64,000 nucleotides of DNA. Source: Podarcis liolepis (lineage: Eukaryota). Location of the stretch: NCBI GenBank assembly GCA_965112155.1, contig OZ218099.1; one strand, given 5' to 3'. The notes below the pieces were generated by a model. It saw only the letters and a list, made by a program, of their open reading frames with translations. It did not search any database and was not told the DNA's origin. Shown here piece by piece: positions 1 through 13,106 of the stretch (the stretch's first letter is position 1; each line of letters opens with the position of its first letter). The translations under genes and the position numbers were made by a program.

Positions 1-1524
1 AATAATAATATTTAAAAGTGAAATGAACTCAGATAGGTATAGCATAAATAAGTATGCACTGTAATTATTTTATTTAGCTGAGTCTTAAGCAACTGTGTGA
101 AGTAGGCCAATATGATTTCCACTTTAAGTTTTGGAACTGATGTTTAGAGAGTGTTGGCAATGCCTGAAGCCACTCAGAGGACTACGTTGCACTTCTTTAA
201 ACATGTCTTAAACTAGATAAGTTAATTATACACCAGGGTTTAAATATTCTCTCATATCTTTACATGTTAGTAAGGGACTTCTCTCTCCCCCTTTCAGAAT
301 TGTGCACACAAGTTTTTAAAATATATTCAGGTCTTCTCTAAAAACTTCTTTTTTTAAAAAACAACAACACAAAACTATAATTCTATAATTTGGAATTAGT
401 TGGTTGTTTCCCTCTGGGCATAGATGAATATGGTTTTAATAAATTCAGATTTCAGACCTGAATTAGTCAAACTCATCAACCTTAAACTTCACTGCCATTC
501 AAAATTGAACTTTAATGAAGCATAAATTCACATGCATATTCAAAATTGATTAAGAAATATTTAAAGTCCCCATCAATGGAAAATAAGGTTCACATTTGAT
601 TTACAAATTAGAAAAGTGCAATTTGGTTTTTCTTTGGAAGCCAGTTTTGTACATTTATTTCTATTAGGCCAGTTTCTTTTAATATCTACACAACTTCCTT
701 TCTTATCAACGATAAAAACTGGACACAAACTACTAAGGACCAATAATATTTCCTTAAACCAACTATCTTCAACTCATTTGTATATAATGAGTTTATTGCT
801 TAGACCCACATCCACACCATATATTTAAAGCAATATTATGCCTCTTCAGTCACGGATTCCCTCAAAGAATCCTGATAACTGAAGAGTATTTGCTAGGAGT
901 GCAGAGAATCGTTTGGCGACTCCTGTTTCCCTTCCAGAGCTCCATGGGAAGGTTTGATTGTTGAACCACTCTGGAGTGAATGAGGGTCCCTTAACAACCC
1001 TCAGCACTCTTAACAAACTATAGTTTATCAGCTAGTAGGACAAAACCTCACATTAGAGTTGTGCAAGGCTCCCAATTGGGTTTGGGGGATGGGTCAGGCT
1101 CAAGATCAGTTCAGTCCAGATTAGGTCCAATCAGGATACCAAATTGGGCCCAGACTGAATAAGGAGTCCCTTGCGCAGCCTTAGTACAATGCACTCACAA
1201 TTTATGTGCAATTAAGTTGTGTGCATTCAGCTTTACATGCTTGGCAAAATAAAATAAAAATAAACTAAGGGGGGCCAGCATCCAGGAAAATACTTTGGCA
1301 ATGCCACCCACCATTAAACCCAAAGTGCTTTGGTTATATGTGATTTTGACTTTAGGTGCTATCCCCAGAACATAACCCCCACGTAAGTTATGGGCTTACT
1401 GTAGCCCACATAACTGTTCTGGATGCCACAGATACCCTGTCAATTGATTTATGGAAACGTGACTCTCATATGGTTAAGGTAACTTTTGTATAGCCCAATC
1501 TTACAGGGAAATCTTTGAGACTAA

Positions 1525-1574
1525 AACAACAACAACAACAACAACAACAACTACTACTACTACTACTACTACTA
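1525..1574. repeat. Compound (AAC)n(TAC)n microsatellite
   Basis: Directly visible. Confidence 0.95.
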
Positions 1575-3682
1575 CAGTAATGAAGAATAGGGCTGGATTT
1601 AGCTGTGGATGAATCTGATCATGGCTGCCCAGGGAAGTTTCATGTGTTTTATCTATAATTCCATTCAGGATTTGCAATGAACTGTGAATATTTTTAATTC
1701 CTCTCAAGAAATGTATTTAAATATTATTTTAACACATATGTAAATATGTACCATCTTTCAAAATATGTCTTTACAATTTAAATGTGGAATGCCTCTCAAA
1801 ATACACACTTTGATATAGTTATACTGCTGAAAACTGTATGAAATCTGGTTATTTAGGAGGCAGAGCCTTCCAACCTCCCCCTTACATTAGACTGGGAAGG
1901 GCTTCTATCTGCTGAGCTCTCCCATTGGTCACCACAAGTGTCAATCTGTTAGTAATGACCTCCCTTTCCTGCCCACTGAACATGTTGGGCAGGTGGGAGT
2001 CCCGTTGGCAGAATCACTGCCAGCAGGAGCCAGCACTAACACCCACAAACAAGATGTTCCAAGGGTGAGGAGGAGGCAGGGCTGAACTGACCAGGAATCC
2101 ACTGGGTCCAGAGCTGGTTTCACTGCCATCATGCAATGGTACTGGGCCCACTGAGCTAGTTTGGAAACAGAATGGGACCAATCCCTTCCACTGTGGCTGC
2201 CACAGGCAGCAGGGCTGTGGCCCTCCCACTTTGAAAAACCCTTCCAGCTAGGGGTATGGGAGGTTAGAATTGCATCCAAAGTTCTGATCCGCACATTAAC
2301 CTGAAAGGTGCAGATCAAGTCTTTTTATACAGGAATTTGAATATAATATACAGAATGAATTCCTCATGGCTGCCTAGCTGTTAAATCAATGGGGATATAG
2401 GATTATGCTGAAAAGGTTCCAAAATGCAATAAGAACCCCAATTCCTATTACCAAAGGTACAAAGCTGCACTCTGGCTGCCTGTTTCCTAATGCTTAACTT
2501 CAGGGCTGCCTCTTTATATCTCACTGCTCAGCAGAGTGGAATAGACTGGGGTTCTTTAATTAATCTACAACTGTGATTTTCAATTTTAATTCTTTGGTTT
2601 ATTTTTAAAATTTAGTCAAACACATGTTTGGGTCCAAGCTTTGGTGACGAAAATCTTGGTGGGATGTGGGTGTGTAAACAATATTTATATCTGGCTATTA
2701 TTAACATCCAATTCTTCCATATTATTAAGCTATTTCCTTGAAAAAAACAACAAATGTTAATAAAATGTGGGTCTTTGCTGGATCCTCGGATATTAAATCC
2801 TCCCATTTCCTATGGATGAAGGGACAATTTCTTACATCCAATCTACATCAATATCCTTGGCTAAAATATGCCCAGCTTAGTTTTACTCCTGGGGAAGCTT
2901 TTTGAGTTGGGAGCAAAGCTTTTTCTGATGGCAAAGTCACTTTCAGCTATTAAAGTTAGATCAAAGGATATAAGCTTACAGCCTGTCTTAGTGTGTGATA
3001 ACAAAATGCACCCTTGGTATTCCTTTTTATAGGTAGCGCATGAGAACATCTTGCTGTATTCACTCACATGAACCTAAGGGTAGCACTGCCTAGTTAACAG
3101 ATTCAGACTTAGTTCAGATTCAACTGAACAATTTTAAAGTATATTATGGAGATATGTTAATGAAAATAGAAAAGATCTCAAAACTGTAACAGCTGCAACT
3201 GGAGGAAAACCAGTGCAGTAATCATGCTGAAGTTTGGTTTGGCTTATACCCCCAAAAGGGGCGAACTAGTCTGCAAATTTCAGTCAGTTCTGTCCGATAA
3301 ATTATGAAGTTGCGATAATTTTGGAAACAGAAAAATATGCACGCATTTTGTGGAAGCCGTATTGAACAGCTTCCAAATTAGTCTGAGCAAATCGGTCTGC
3401 TTTATGAAGCATGGCGTCGGGACCCGAATCAAATCTTGTGATCAGTTGCCTGCATGCACTATCCCCTTGAGAGAACCAAGAACAACTTCAACTTGGGTAA
3501 GTTAGATTAGGAAGAGGGCATGAGGAAGAAGAGGCCATAAACACTCTATCTCCCTGTGCTGCTGCTTTCATCAAAATAGGGAGGAAAACACAAGAAATAG
3601 TAAAGAAAAGAAAACACCAGTTTTTTAATGGCCAGGAGATCACACAGATCACATCTGATTTTGTTCTCCCTAAACCTCATGA

Positions 3683-3820
3683 CAGAGGTGGGAAACCAGA
3701 TGCCCTCCAGATGTTGTTGGACTACAACTCCTGTGATGCTTGTCCATTAGCCACGCTGCCTGGAGATGATGGAAGGTGGAGTTTAAAAACATCTGGAGGG
3801 TCACTGCTTCCCCAACACTG
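3683..3820. mobile_element. Older hAT (Charlie-like) MITE
   Basis: CAGAGGTGGGAAAC...CCCTCCAGATGTT/AACATCTGGAGGG...TTCCCCAACACTG palindrome. Confidence 0.7.
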
Positions 3821-5111
3821 CCTTACAACAATCCTACCAGGCAAATATTACTACTTTTGTATGGCTGAGAGAAGGTTGAGAGATAATGACTTGCCTATTG
3901 TAATTTTTTGGCTGAACAGTGATTTGAAATGAGCACTTTGCATGCTAAATTTACAGATACTACAACAGTTGTAGTATCTAGAATATTTTTGGGGGGGACA
4001 CCCTATATTTTGCTTATTTTGTTACATATAGGATGTGACTGTCGCCTGAATTATTCCTCTATATATAGGCTTGACTTGTACGGTTGACTTGTATATGCCG
4101 GATTGCACCAAAGCTGAACCAGTTAACCTTTGTCTTCCAAGGCTGTGAGTGTCTTGGAATGCTGTACTTACGTTCATAATCATTCATATCTTTGTATCTT
4201 CAATGATTTTCAATTAATCCCCTGGGACAGATTTTCTCTCATCAGCGCAAAGGGAGCTGATAAAGGACCACAGTGAGTTATTGTGAACACCTGCACGTCA
4301 CATCATCTTTCTGTCAGTCCTGACTGTTTGTAGAATATCAATAGCTAAAACGGATTGGGCAAATGACCCTGGCACTGATGAATTGCTCACTTCAAAGGTT
4401 CCTGTGTTTTCAATCTGTCAGTTTCAGATGGAATAAAAAAGCACAAATACTCATACTTTCTCTAAAAGGGCCATTTATAAACATATGTTAAATATGACTT
4501 GTTTCATAATGAACGACTGGTAGTGCACTGCAGCAGAACTATGTACTTTATTAATTTAGGAGTATTAAGGTGTAATTTTGTAGCCAAGCCCAAAGTGGAC
4601 TTAACGCAATCCATTATATTATGATGATAATATATAAAGTATTTTCTATTGAAATTAATGTAATCAACCTTTTTTCCTTTTCAAGTGTTCCAATCATATT
4701 GTAGCATGAATAATATATTCCATAAAAAGTACTACATAAAAAAGTGGAATTGTTACTATTCGTGCTCACTCACATGAAAGGAAGCTAAGGGGTATTCTTA
4801 CATTATGCTGGACGGGGGCACAAGTAACCTTTACCTGCATCCAGCTACTCCTGAGAAAGATCCTACACATTGTGATTTCAAAAGTCACCATGAAGAAAGG
4901 AGTATTCTGCTCCTGTGTTGATCTCAGAGGGGTAGTGAAGAGAAACAGAGAAGGAGGGAAAGAGAAAGAGGAAGAGGGGAGGAATAAGAGTGAAGCCAGC
5001 TCCTGTGGGCTCAGACAAATGAGACGTGTCATCTTGAGGCAATGCAGAAAGTGGGGAGTGGGGGAATGCAGACAGCAGGACTATGAAGTACAGCATTTGA
5101 GGACTCTTGAG

Positions 5112-5935
5112 TGCAATCCCGACCATGTCGGCTCTGCAGTAAGCCCCACTCAGTTCAATGGGACTTGCTTCCAAATAAGTGGGGTTAGGATTCAGCTCTG
5201 CCAGTTTGATGGGGAGGGATGGCAACTGGAGGGAGAGAAGCAGCAGGGAAAGTGTGCATCTGTTGGCTCACTGTGTAATCTTACATAAAGGGACCCCTGA
5301 CCATTAGGTCCAGTCGTGGCCGACTCTGGGGTTGCGGCGCTCATCTCGCTTTATTGGCCAAGGGAGCTGGCGTACAGCTTCCGGGTCATGTGGCCAGCAT
5401 GACTAAGCCACTTCTGGCGAACCAGAGCAGCGCATGAAAATGCCGTTTACCTTCCCGCCGGAGCGGTACCTATTTATCTACTTGCACTTTGACATGCTTT
5501 CGAACTACTAGGTTGGCAGGAGCAGGGACCGAGCAACGGGAGCTCATCCCGTCATGGGGATTTGAACCGCCGACCTTCTGATTGGCAAGTCCTAGGCTCT
5601 GTGGTTTAACCCACAGCGCCACCCGCGTCCCACACAATCCTACATAGTACAATCATAAACATTCCTACTCAGAAATAAACCGCCTCAGTTCAGTGGGGTT
5701 TATTCTCAAGCAGGGTGGGGTTAGGGTATGATTGCAGCCTCACTTTGAGTGGAACCTTAGAAGAAAGAGGATAAAGGTGGTGTCCAAAAGTCTAAAGCAG
5801 AACAGAGGTGCAGAAGGAATGATAAAGCGAATGAAAGGGAGGGAGACCATGCAATGCTAACCACGTCTACTCAGAAGTAAGCCCCACCAATTTCACTTGA
5901 ACTTATTCCTAGGTAAATATGCAAAAGATTGCAGA
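5112..5935. repeat. Cluster of three ~85-bp palindromic repeats (GCAATCC...AGTAAGCCCC..GGGACTT...GGATTGC)
   Basis: Copies at ~5112-5196, ~5647-5740 and ~5851-5935, with more fragments at ~18600-18705. Ancient hairpin/MITE-like family. Confidence 0.6.
5287..5631 (-). mobile_element. Sauria (Squam1-type) SINE, full length
   Basis: Reverse complement starts GGGACGCGGGTGGCGCTGTGG (tRNA-like head with B-box), has the conserved core AAGTGCAAGTAGATAAATAGGTACC and ends GGTCAGGGGTCCCTTT. Decayed TSD-like AATC(T/C)TACAT on both sides. Confidence 0.9.
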
Positions 5936-6889
5936 CTTGGGGCTTTGCCATGGATGCAACAAGTGACGAAGATGATGTGCTGGAAATGGGGCTAGGATTT
6001 GGCATGATGGAAGAAGGATGAAAGTTGGTGTACAAAGTGGGAGGGCGGAGATGTTGGGAAGGAACTGAATAACAGGAGGCTTTGGGAACAGAACCTAAAA
6101 AACTGTCAGGCCATTGGTCCTGACTGGCAACAATGCTCCCGGAGTGCAGACTCTCCCAGTCCTATTTGGAGATGCTGGGAATTCAACCTGGGGTCTCCTA
6201 CATAAAATGCAGATCCTTGATACTGACCTGGAGCCCTTTACCCCATAAGATAAGGGCAATAGTAGGGAAATCTCTGCTCCAACAATGGAATCTTCCAGGC
6301 TTTTAAAAGCTGCTTAATATCTGCTTTTAAGAAAACATTGAAATGAGAGGCTGGTAGGTCCTTCCTTTAATGCAATTAATGCTCTCAAGATCCCATTCAA
6401 ATAAATAGTAGTTAAGAACAATCAGTAAAACAGAGAATCTAATTGCCACAGGAGTTTGGGGGAAAGCTTTCCTACTTCAGCTGCAACACTGCACCAGAAC
6501 CCTGTTTCTCAAAAAGCCCTTTAGCAAATGTGTTAGTCCCTTTCTAATTAAAATAGCACTTTCCTAATTTCCAGCATGTGACTTAAGCACTGAACTGAGC
6601 ACTCATGTATTCCCCCACCCTCTTTTGAACTTCTCTTAAATTGAGACTCCGCTGAACAGAATGAACGCTATTAACTCAGTATGTTTGAATGGAACAGCTA
6701 TTATTTCCTCTCATACGAACTATCTTTAGATGAGGTGTGTAGCTCATTCTGGCCAAAATTATATACAAGCAGTGTTAAGTTGTGGCAAATTAAAAGGATA
6801 GCTAAATTGTTTCAGCTAAACCAGGAAGTTGACTGGTCTTGGATGGGGTTGTGCTTATATCTTGAGATGTTTAACATGTAACATCTAAT

Positions 6890-7135
6890 TCCTTAAAAAT
6901 CAGCACTGGCACACCACAGGGATGTGTGCTAAGTCCCTACCTGTATTCATTGTATACATACGATTGTGTATCATCTGACCTGTCTACTGCAATTATTAAG
7001 TTTGCAGATGACACCCCCATAATGGGTTTAATAACAGGTGGAGATGAATCAGCGTATAGAGGGGAGGTCCAAAAAATATCTACATGGTGCCTAGGGAACA
7101 ACTTGCACCTTAATATCAGCAAGACAAAGGAGATT
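6890..7135 (+). mobile_element. Rex1/Babar-like LINE reverse transcriptase fragment
   Basis: STGTPQGCVLSPYLYSLYTYDC...IIKFADDT...WCLGNNLHLNISKTKEI in one open frame. Confidence 0.85.
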
Positions 7136-8691
7136 ACAAACCAGTATGACTAACAGAGACCATGGGTGGAATTACTGCTTGCTGAATGGAATGAACTTCA
7201 GTCACCGCCTCCATTTGTGCTGTTCCTAGGGGTTCTCCTGACCTCTGTAGAGCCAACTTGGAGGGCACGGAGGGAGTGGGGAGGCCCATTGTGCTAGTGG
7301 AAGTCCTTCTGGTAGCAGGGCAGGTTAGCTGAATCTGCACCCATATCTTGTCAGTACTTAAAGTGTGCAGGCTAACAATGTTTCTGATTCAAAGTGCTGG
7401 CTGTGGTTTTTCCTTCCCTAAACGGTCCTGTCTTGAAGCGCTTGAAGAAGTACAAGTCTTTGAAGGAGAGGCAGGATAGAAATATTTCAATAAACAAACT
7501 TAGTCCCAATATCCTAATATACAAGATGCTGATACCTGACATGACTGGAACAGTGCATACTTTACCAAAGCAGATCAAATATGAAGCAAGCTCATACTAA
7601 TTAATTATTTGATCGCCAAACAAATGAGTTAATAATAGGTCACCCTGAGCTACCCTATGACTGAAGCTGTCATCATCTAAGGCAGAACTAGTGAAGTGGG
7701 GAATTGTTAGCAATGTTGCATTTCGGGGAACTAATTATTTGAGAGTTGTAAAGGCTTTTGGTGCAAACGATTTCCATTCCACAATCAGACTTTAGACAAA
7801 CTTCAAGCAGGCATTAATGGCACCATCTTATCTGACTTTAGCAGGCATTTGTCTTAGAAATAAAAGTAATTACTTGCTTCCTCCTTGCCTGTTCCCACTG
7901 TAACACTCCTCTGATGTATACAAATTCTCCAGTTGAACAAGAATGCCAAAAGACAGTAGTACCACCTGCCAAATTATCCCTAATCATGACACTTGTGTTT
8001 AGTCTGGCTCCATACCAGATATTTTCAGGCATCTAAACAATGTTCTCAGCATTAGCACTGAGGCAATTTTTCCACGGCTGCAAAGTTCAGTTTTCATAAC
8101 CTGTGCCAGGCTACATATTTTCAGTATAAAACATGTTATTGTCATGAGATAGGAGTCATTTATTTTTTTGTCAATATGAAAAACCACTAGAAGGCCCAAG
8201 ACCCACAGAGAACCAGATGTGAATTTGAACCGCTTGTTTAATTTTATCTACATCATATTCAAGGACTTGGCATGTGGATTTCTTCAGTCGACCCACTTTA
8301 AATATATTTTGAGCATGGAAAAATTTGTACTTCGAAGCATTAAAAAATGTAAAAAACAAAACCCACCCTAAGATGTATCAAGGTGTGCGAAAGGACAGTG
8401 AACTGCATTGAATGCTTTATTGGCCATCTGCCATCTGCTGAGTGGTCGTCAATAATGATCCATCAAACAATTAACACAGCTAATAAATTAGTCACAAAGT
8501 AACCTAATTTGCCAGCCACTAGTAGGCACCAGTTGGAAATTAATGTACTGCAGCTATTCAGGATCACACCTGACACAAAACCAGATGGAAAAGTAGCATG
8601 ACATAACAGATGATGATTAATGATAAGGGTGACATATGACACTAATTGGTATTAAGATTCTGTAAAAATCAGTACTCTCCCTACTACTGCA

Positions 8692-8696
<5 letters not shown>

Positions 8697-8728
<32 letters not shown>

Positions 8729-8730
8729 AG

Positions 8731-8772
<42 letters not shown>
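8697..8772. repeat. (GT)15-GGAGAT-(AC)20 inverted microsatellite
   Basis: Directly visible. Confidence 0.95.
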
Positions 8773-8774
<2 letters not shown>

Positions 8775-9304
8775 CCATTGCCTTCTGTAGGGAACAATAC
8801 TGCATGTACTGTTAGAATCCCTCATAAACTATATTACTCACCATCTGTCTCTTCTGTACTAGGTAGAATCTGCAAACTTTTCTTTCTTTTTCTGGGAGTT
8901 TCACTTAGCCGGTTAGCAGACTGTTGCTAGAATACTAATGAATTGCCAATACATTTCCATACCTACTATTAAAACAGTGCATATTCCTGGTCACGTTGGA
9001 AGCATATTCTGTGACCAGCACCCTGCAAGTTCTATGTCTTCAAACCAGCAGGAGTTAAATGAGATCATAAATCTGGTCTCCTTTTGAATATGAAAAAGTA
9101 TAGCTTGGGCCTAGTTCATATAAGCTCTTCCACAGCACTGGAGTTTGGCAAGGGTTATGTCACTATTTTATTTTATTTTTTAAATTATTCAAAGCATACA
9201 GTACTAGTGGGAAGTACCCAGTATTGCCCAGGCATTCTAAGAAACATCTTCCTCCCTTACAAATTTATAAATGAATAATGTTATTTGTTAGTTTCTAGTG
9301 CTGT

Positions 9305-9306
<2 letters not shown>

Positions 9307-9340
<34 letters not shown>
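9307..9340. repeat. (AC)n microsatellite
   Basis: Directly visible. Confidence 0.95.
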
Positions 9341-9342
<2 letters not shown>

Positions 9343-10668
9343 CCTGGATAAAACACAAGCAGAATCCTGGTCCGAAACAATTTTGAGCTGGGGCTAATGT
9401 TCAATTAGGGCTTTTAAAATCATATCCAGTTGGATGCTGGGGTCAGGGGAAAATGCTGTATCCCTTCCTCACCTTCTAATCACACTGCAGAGCAGAGGAA
9501 GGTTCAGTCCTGGATGATGCTTCATTCATTTGGTTCGCAGCAGGGAACATGAGAGTAATGCAGATCCCTCTTTGCACTCTTGGTGGGTGGTACTGCTGCC
9601 GCACATTCTTGTCTGCTGTGCCAGGCCCAGTTGCCCACATCTCGTGGCTGTCCACACTCTCACATTGTTTTCCTCAATGTGTCCCATTTTTGCCCCAGCC
9701 GTCCCCACTGACACAGACACCTTCTCTCATTCCATGGCCATCATTTACCCGATTGCTGCTACATTTTGAGAAGTGGCCACCTGAGCCAGATCCACATCAA
9801 ACATTGCCTCCCTCAACCAACTCCAATGTGACCATAACCAGTGCTATTTTTTCTAGAGAAAGAGGTGCTGGAATTCACCATGAACACCTCCCTTGTTTTC
9901 TTCTAATGGCAATGGAGCCCACCTTAGAGGTGCCAGAACTGAGTTCTGGTGGGCCTGACCCAACACAGGGGCAGTAGCTGGTTCTTTTCTGCTCTCAATC
10001 CTTCTGAGGTCTGCTTCCCCAGTGTATTCCCTGCGGGTAACACACTGGCAAAGCAGACCTCTGCAACCAGGATTGCAGTGGAGGGTTAAATCCTGCTCAC
10101 ACTGATCATGTTTGTGGGTTCCCCTGCCGGGAGCAGACACACACAGTCAAAGCACAATATCAGGTCCCACACTACTTTTTGCAGAAGCTGCCTGTCTCTC
10201 CTTCCCACCCAAAACCTGAGTCCATGACAGGACCAAATCACTCAAGGTGATCTGCAGTTGTTTCAACCAATTCAGTTGAAATATGGATCAGCCTAGATCT
10301 GCCTGATTTGGTACAGGATTTTGGCTTTGGTTGAATTCCATACATAGACATATTATTTTGGTTGGTTGAAACCAGTGCAGTTTGGAACAGCTCAGTCTGC
10401 CATCTTGATTCAAAATGGTGTACAAAGGCATACAGGCAAAGGTCATAACCCGCTTCTTTATGATACCAAAGTGGACAATAGTATCTTCAGAGGCATCCAA
10501 ATCAGTGTAGTTTGGAACCATCACGCCAAATTGGATGACAGTAGTTTGGAACAGTGCAAAACCCTATTGCTTTCCTGCTCAATTTGGTTAAAATCAGTCC
10601 AGTTTGTGAAGCAGTTCTCCCACCAAATAGTGTATATAAAACACCTATATCAGGGTGGGATATGCATA

Positions 10669-10820
10669 AAAAAGGTAATGGTACCCCTGACCGTTAGGTC
10701 CAGTAGTGGACGACTCTGAGGCTGCGCACTCATCTCGCTCTATAGGCCAAGAGAGCCGGCGTTTGTCCGCAGACAGCTTCCCGGTCATGTGGCCAGCATG
10801 ACTAAGCCGCTTCTGGCGAA
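10669..10820 (-). mobile_element. Sauria SINE 3' half
   Basis: Matches the tail half of the copy at 5287-5631 (ACCCCTGACC.TTAGGTCCAG...CATGTGGCCAGCATGACTAAGCC). Confidence 0.85.
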
Positions 10821-12469
10821 ATGCACTGTATTGGGGAAACATACAAAAATGTATTACACTAGCAAAAATTGCTTTGCAAAAATGTACATATTAGGCAAAA
10901 TTGCTTCCAAAATCTGTATATTGGAAGAAATTGGCACTGAAATGCTGATAAATGTTCATGACGACTTCATTTTTTAGATTGCAAACTCAGACAGAAATGT
11001 GGAGAATGGACCTTATGATGGGGGTGAAATGAGGAACAGAGAGAAACCGAAATTGACTGATTGGTCCACTCCTACATGTGACACAGCAAATGAAGAGAAC
11101 AGCTCTTTCCGTTCCTGGCATGTGGAGCAGAACTAGCTGTGTGGACCTGGCTGATAAGTCTTAGTGGCAACTGACTTTAGTTGGGGTTAGACCTGAGTCT
11201 CAGAACATGAAGGTATTATCCCCTCACTGCATCAGATCACTTCTGGGGCAGGGCGGGGGAAAGTTAAATGGAAAACAAGAAACCCAAAGGCATTAGAAAA
11301 GGATGATAAAAGAACAGCAGGGTTGATCTTCAGTTGCCATCACATCTGTTAACCATGAATGAAAAACAGTCAGATTCGTGTGCATTAGATTTGCAGTCCT
11401 TGAGAATATAAATAAGACTGTCTAGTGATAATATACAGCTTATTGTTATAAAGGTCAGAATGGGTTGGATTTGATAATACGCCTAATTGTAGGCAATCCA
11501 CAACACACAGAACATGCAATCCATGAAGAGGGAGCCCTCTCACAATACCAATAACCTTTTAAAAATAGCCTTAAGAATAGACAAGAAAGAGAATATGTGT
11601 ATGCATTCATAAAGCTGTATCTCTTTCCAATTACCCCTTTAGCAAAAGAGATCAGAAAGCTGAACAGCATTTAGAGGTAAAAATCTAATGAATTTTCTTA
11701 AGACATCAAACAGGAAGCATAAGAAAAGAAGCACAGAATTAAATACAGTCAATATGGTTTTGGGAAGAGAAGGTCACGACTCCCAAACTTTTGTAAATTC
11801 TTCAAAAGCGTGAATTTCAGAGGAGCCCTGGGGGATAGAGGGACCAAATGTTCTGTGATATTGTTTAAAAAAATTCTTCCCATAAAGACATTACCAAAGA
11901 CATACCTTGGGAGTTCCTGTCTAAACTGCAAAATCAGAGCACAAGGCAAAAATTAAACAGCTGCCATTTTATAGTGATCTGGATGGGGTAGAAATAGGCA
12001 AGCTAGAATAGGCAATGAATACAAAAGCTGTCTCAGCCATGATGATAACTATGGGGAACAGGAAGCACACTGCTCTTTCGTTGCCAAAGGGAAATTTTTG
12101 TGCCTTTCTATGCCCAGGGAAGTTCAAGGACTCCTTAAGCGGGAACAGCTTGTACACACCTCCCTCAGGAGGAAGCACAGATGTAAGAGAGAGGTGTGGA
12201 AAACAATTGCTCTTTGTGTCCCTGCATCAGATCTGAAACAATTATAGAGTTGTCATGACAAAAGGCTGCACAAGGGTCTAAGACACTGTATGTGGGTGCT
12301 AATAATACATTCAGTTCATTCTATAATGAATTATTGACCCATCAAACAACAACAACAACAATTTATTATTTGAACCCCGCCTATCTGACTAGATTGCCCC
12401 AGCACTCTGGGTGGCTTCCAGCATATATAAAACTGTAGTAAAACATTAACCTGAAAAAGCTTCCCTATA

Positions 12470-12730
12470 GAGTCATACCTCGGGTTACAGACGCTTTGAG
12501 TTGTGCGATTTCGGGTTGCGCACTGCGCCGAACCCGGAAGTACCAAAACAGGTTACTTCCGGGTTTCGGCGCTTGTGCATGTGCAGAAGCGCTAAATCGT
12601 GCTTTGCGCATGTGCAGAAGCGCCGAATCATGACCTGCACATGTGCAGACACGGCGCTGTGGGTTGCAAATGCTGTGGGTTGCGAACATGCTTCCCGCAC
12701 AGATCATCTTCGCAACCGGAGCGTCCACTG
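12470..12730. mobile_element. Tigger/pogo-like MITE
   Basis: TA-flanked; left end GAGTCATACCTCGGGTT, right end AACCGGAGCGTCCACTG; sits inside a LINE-tail repeat. Confidence 0.75.
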
Positions 12731-12834
12731 TACAGGGCTGATGTCATCTGATGTTTCCTAAATGTTATATAAAGAATGTTATATAAAGAAGATAAAATAT
12801 GCACCACTTTCCCAGTTTTTATAGAGAACTTCAG

Positions 12835-13106
12835 CTGGTCCTTGGGTGTTCCACAGGGCAGGACCCGAACCAATGGATTCAAATTACAATGAAAGAGATT
12901 CTGAATAAACATTAGGGAGAACTTTTCAATGGTAGGAGCTGTTCAACAGTGGGATGGACTACCTTCAAAAGGTGATGGGCTCTCCTTCATGGAAGGTTTT
13001 TCAAAGAGGTTGAATGGCCATCTGCCAAAGGATTCTTTAGCTGCAGGGCATTGGACTTGGTGACCCTTGGGGTCCCTTCCGGCTCTTAAATTCTTTGGTT
13101 CTATGA
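12835..13106 (+). mobile_element. CR1 LINE 3' end
   Basis: AATGGATTCAAATTACA...AAACATTAGG...GGGGTCCCTTCC...TTCTATGA, the typical CR1 ORF2 end, 3' hairpin and tail. Confidence 0.85.

Noticed and set aside
4766-5288. Overlapping 88-138-aa ORFs
   Set aside because: They span purine-rich low-complexity DNA and a palindromic repeat; no homology signal.
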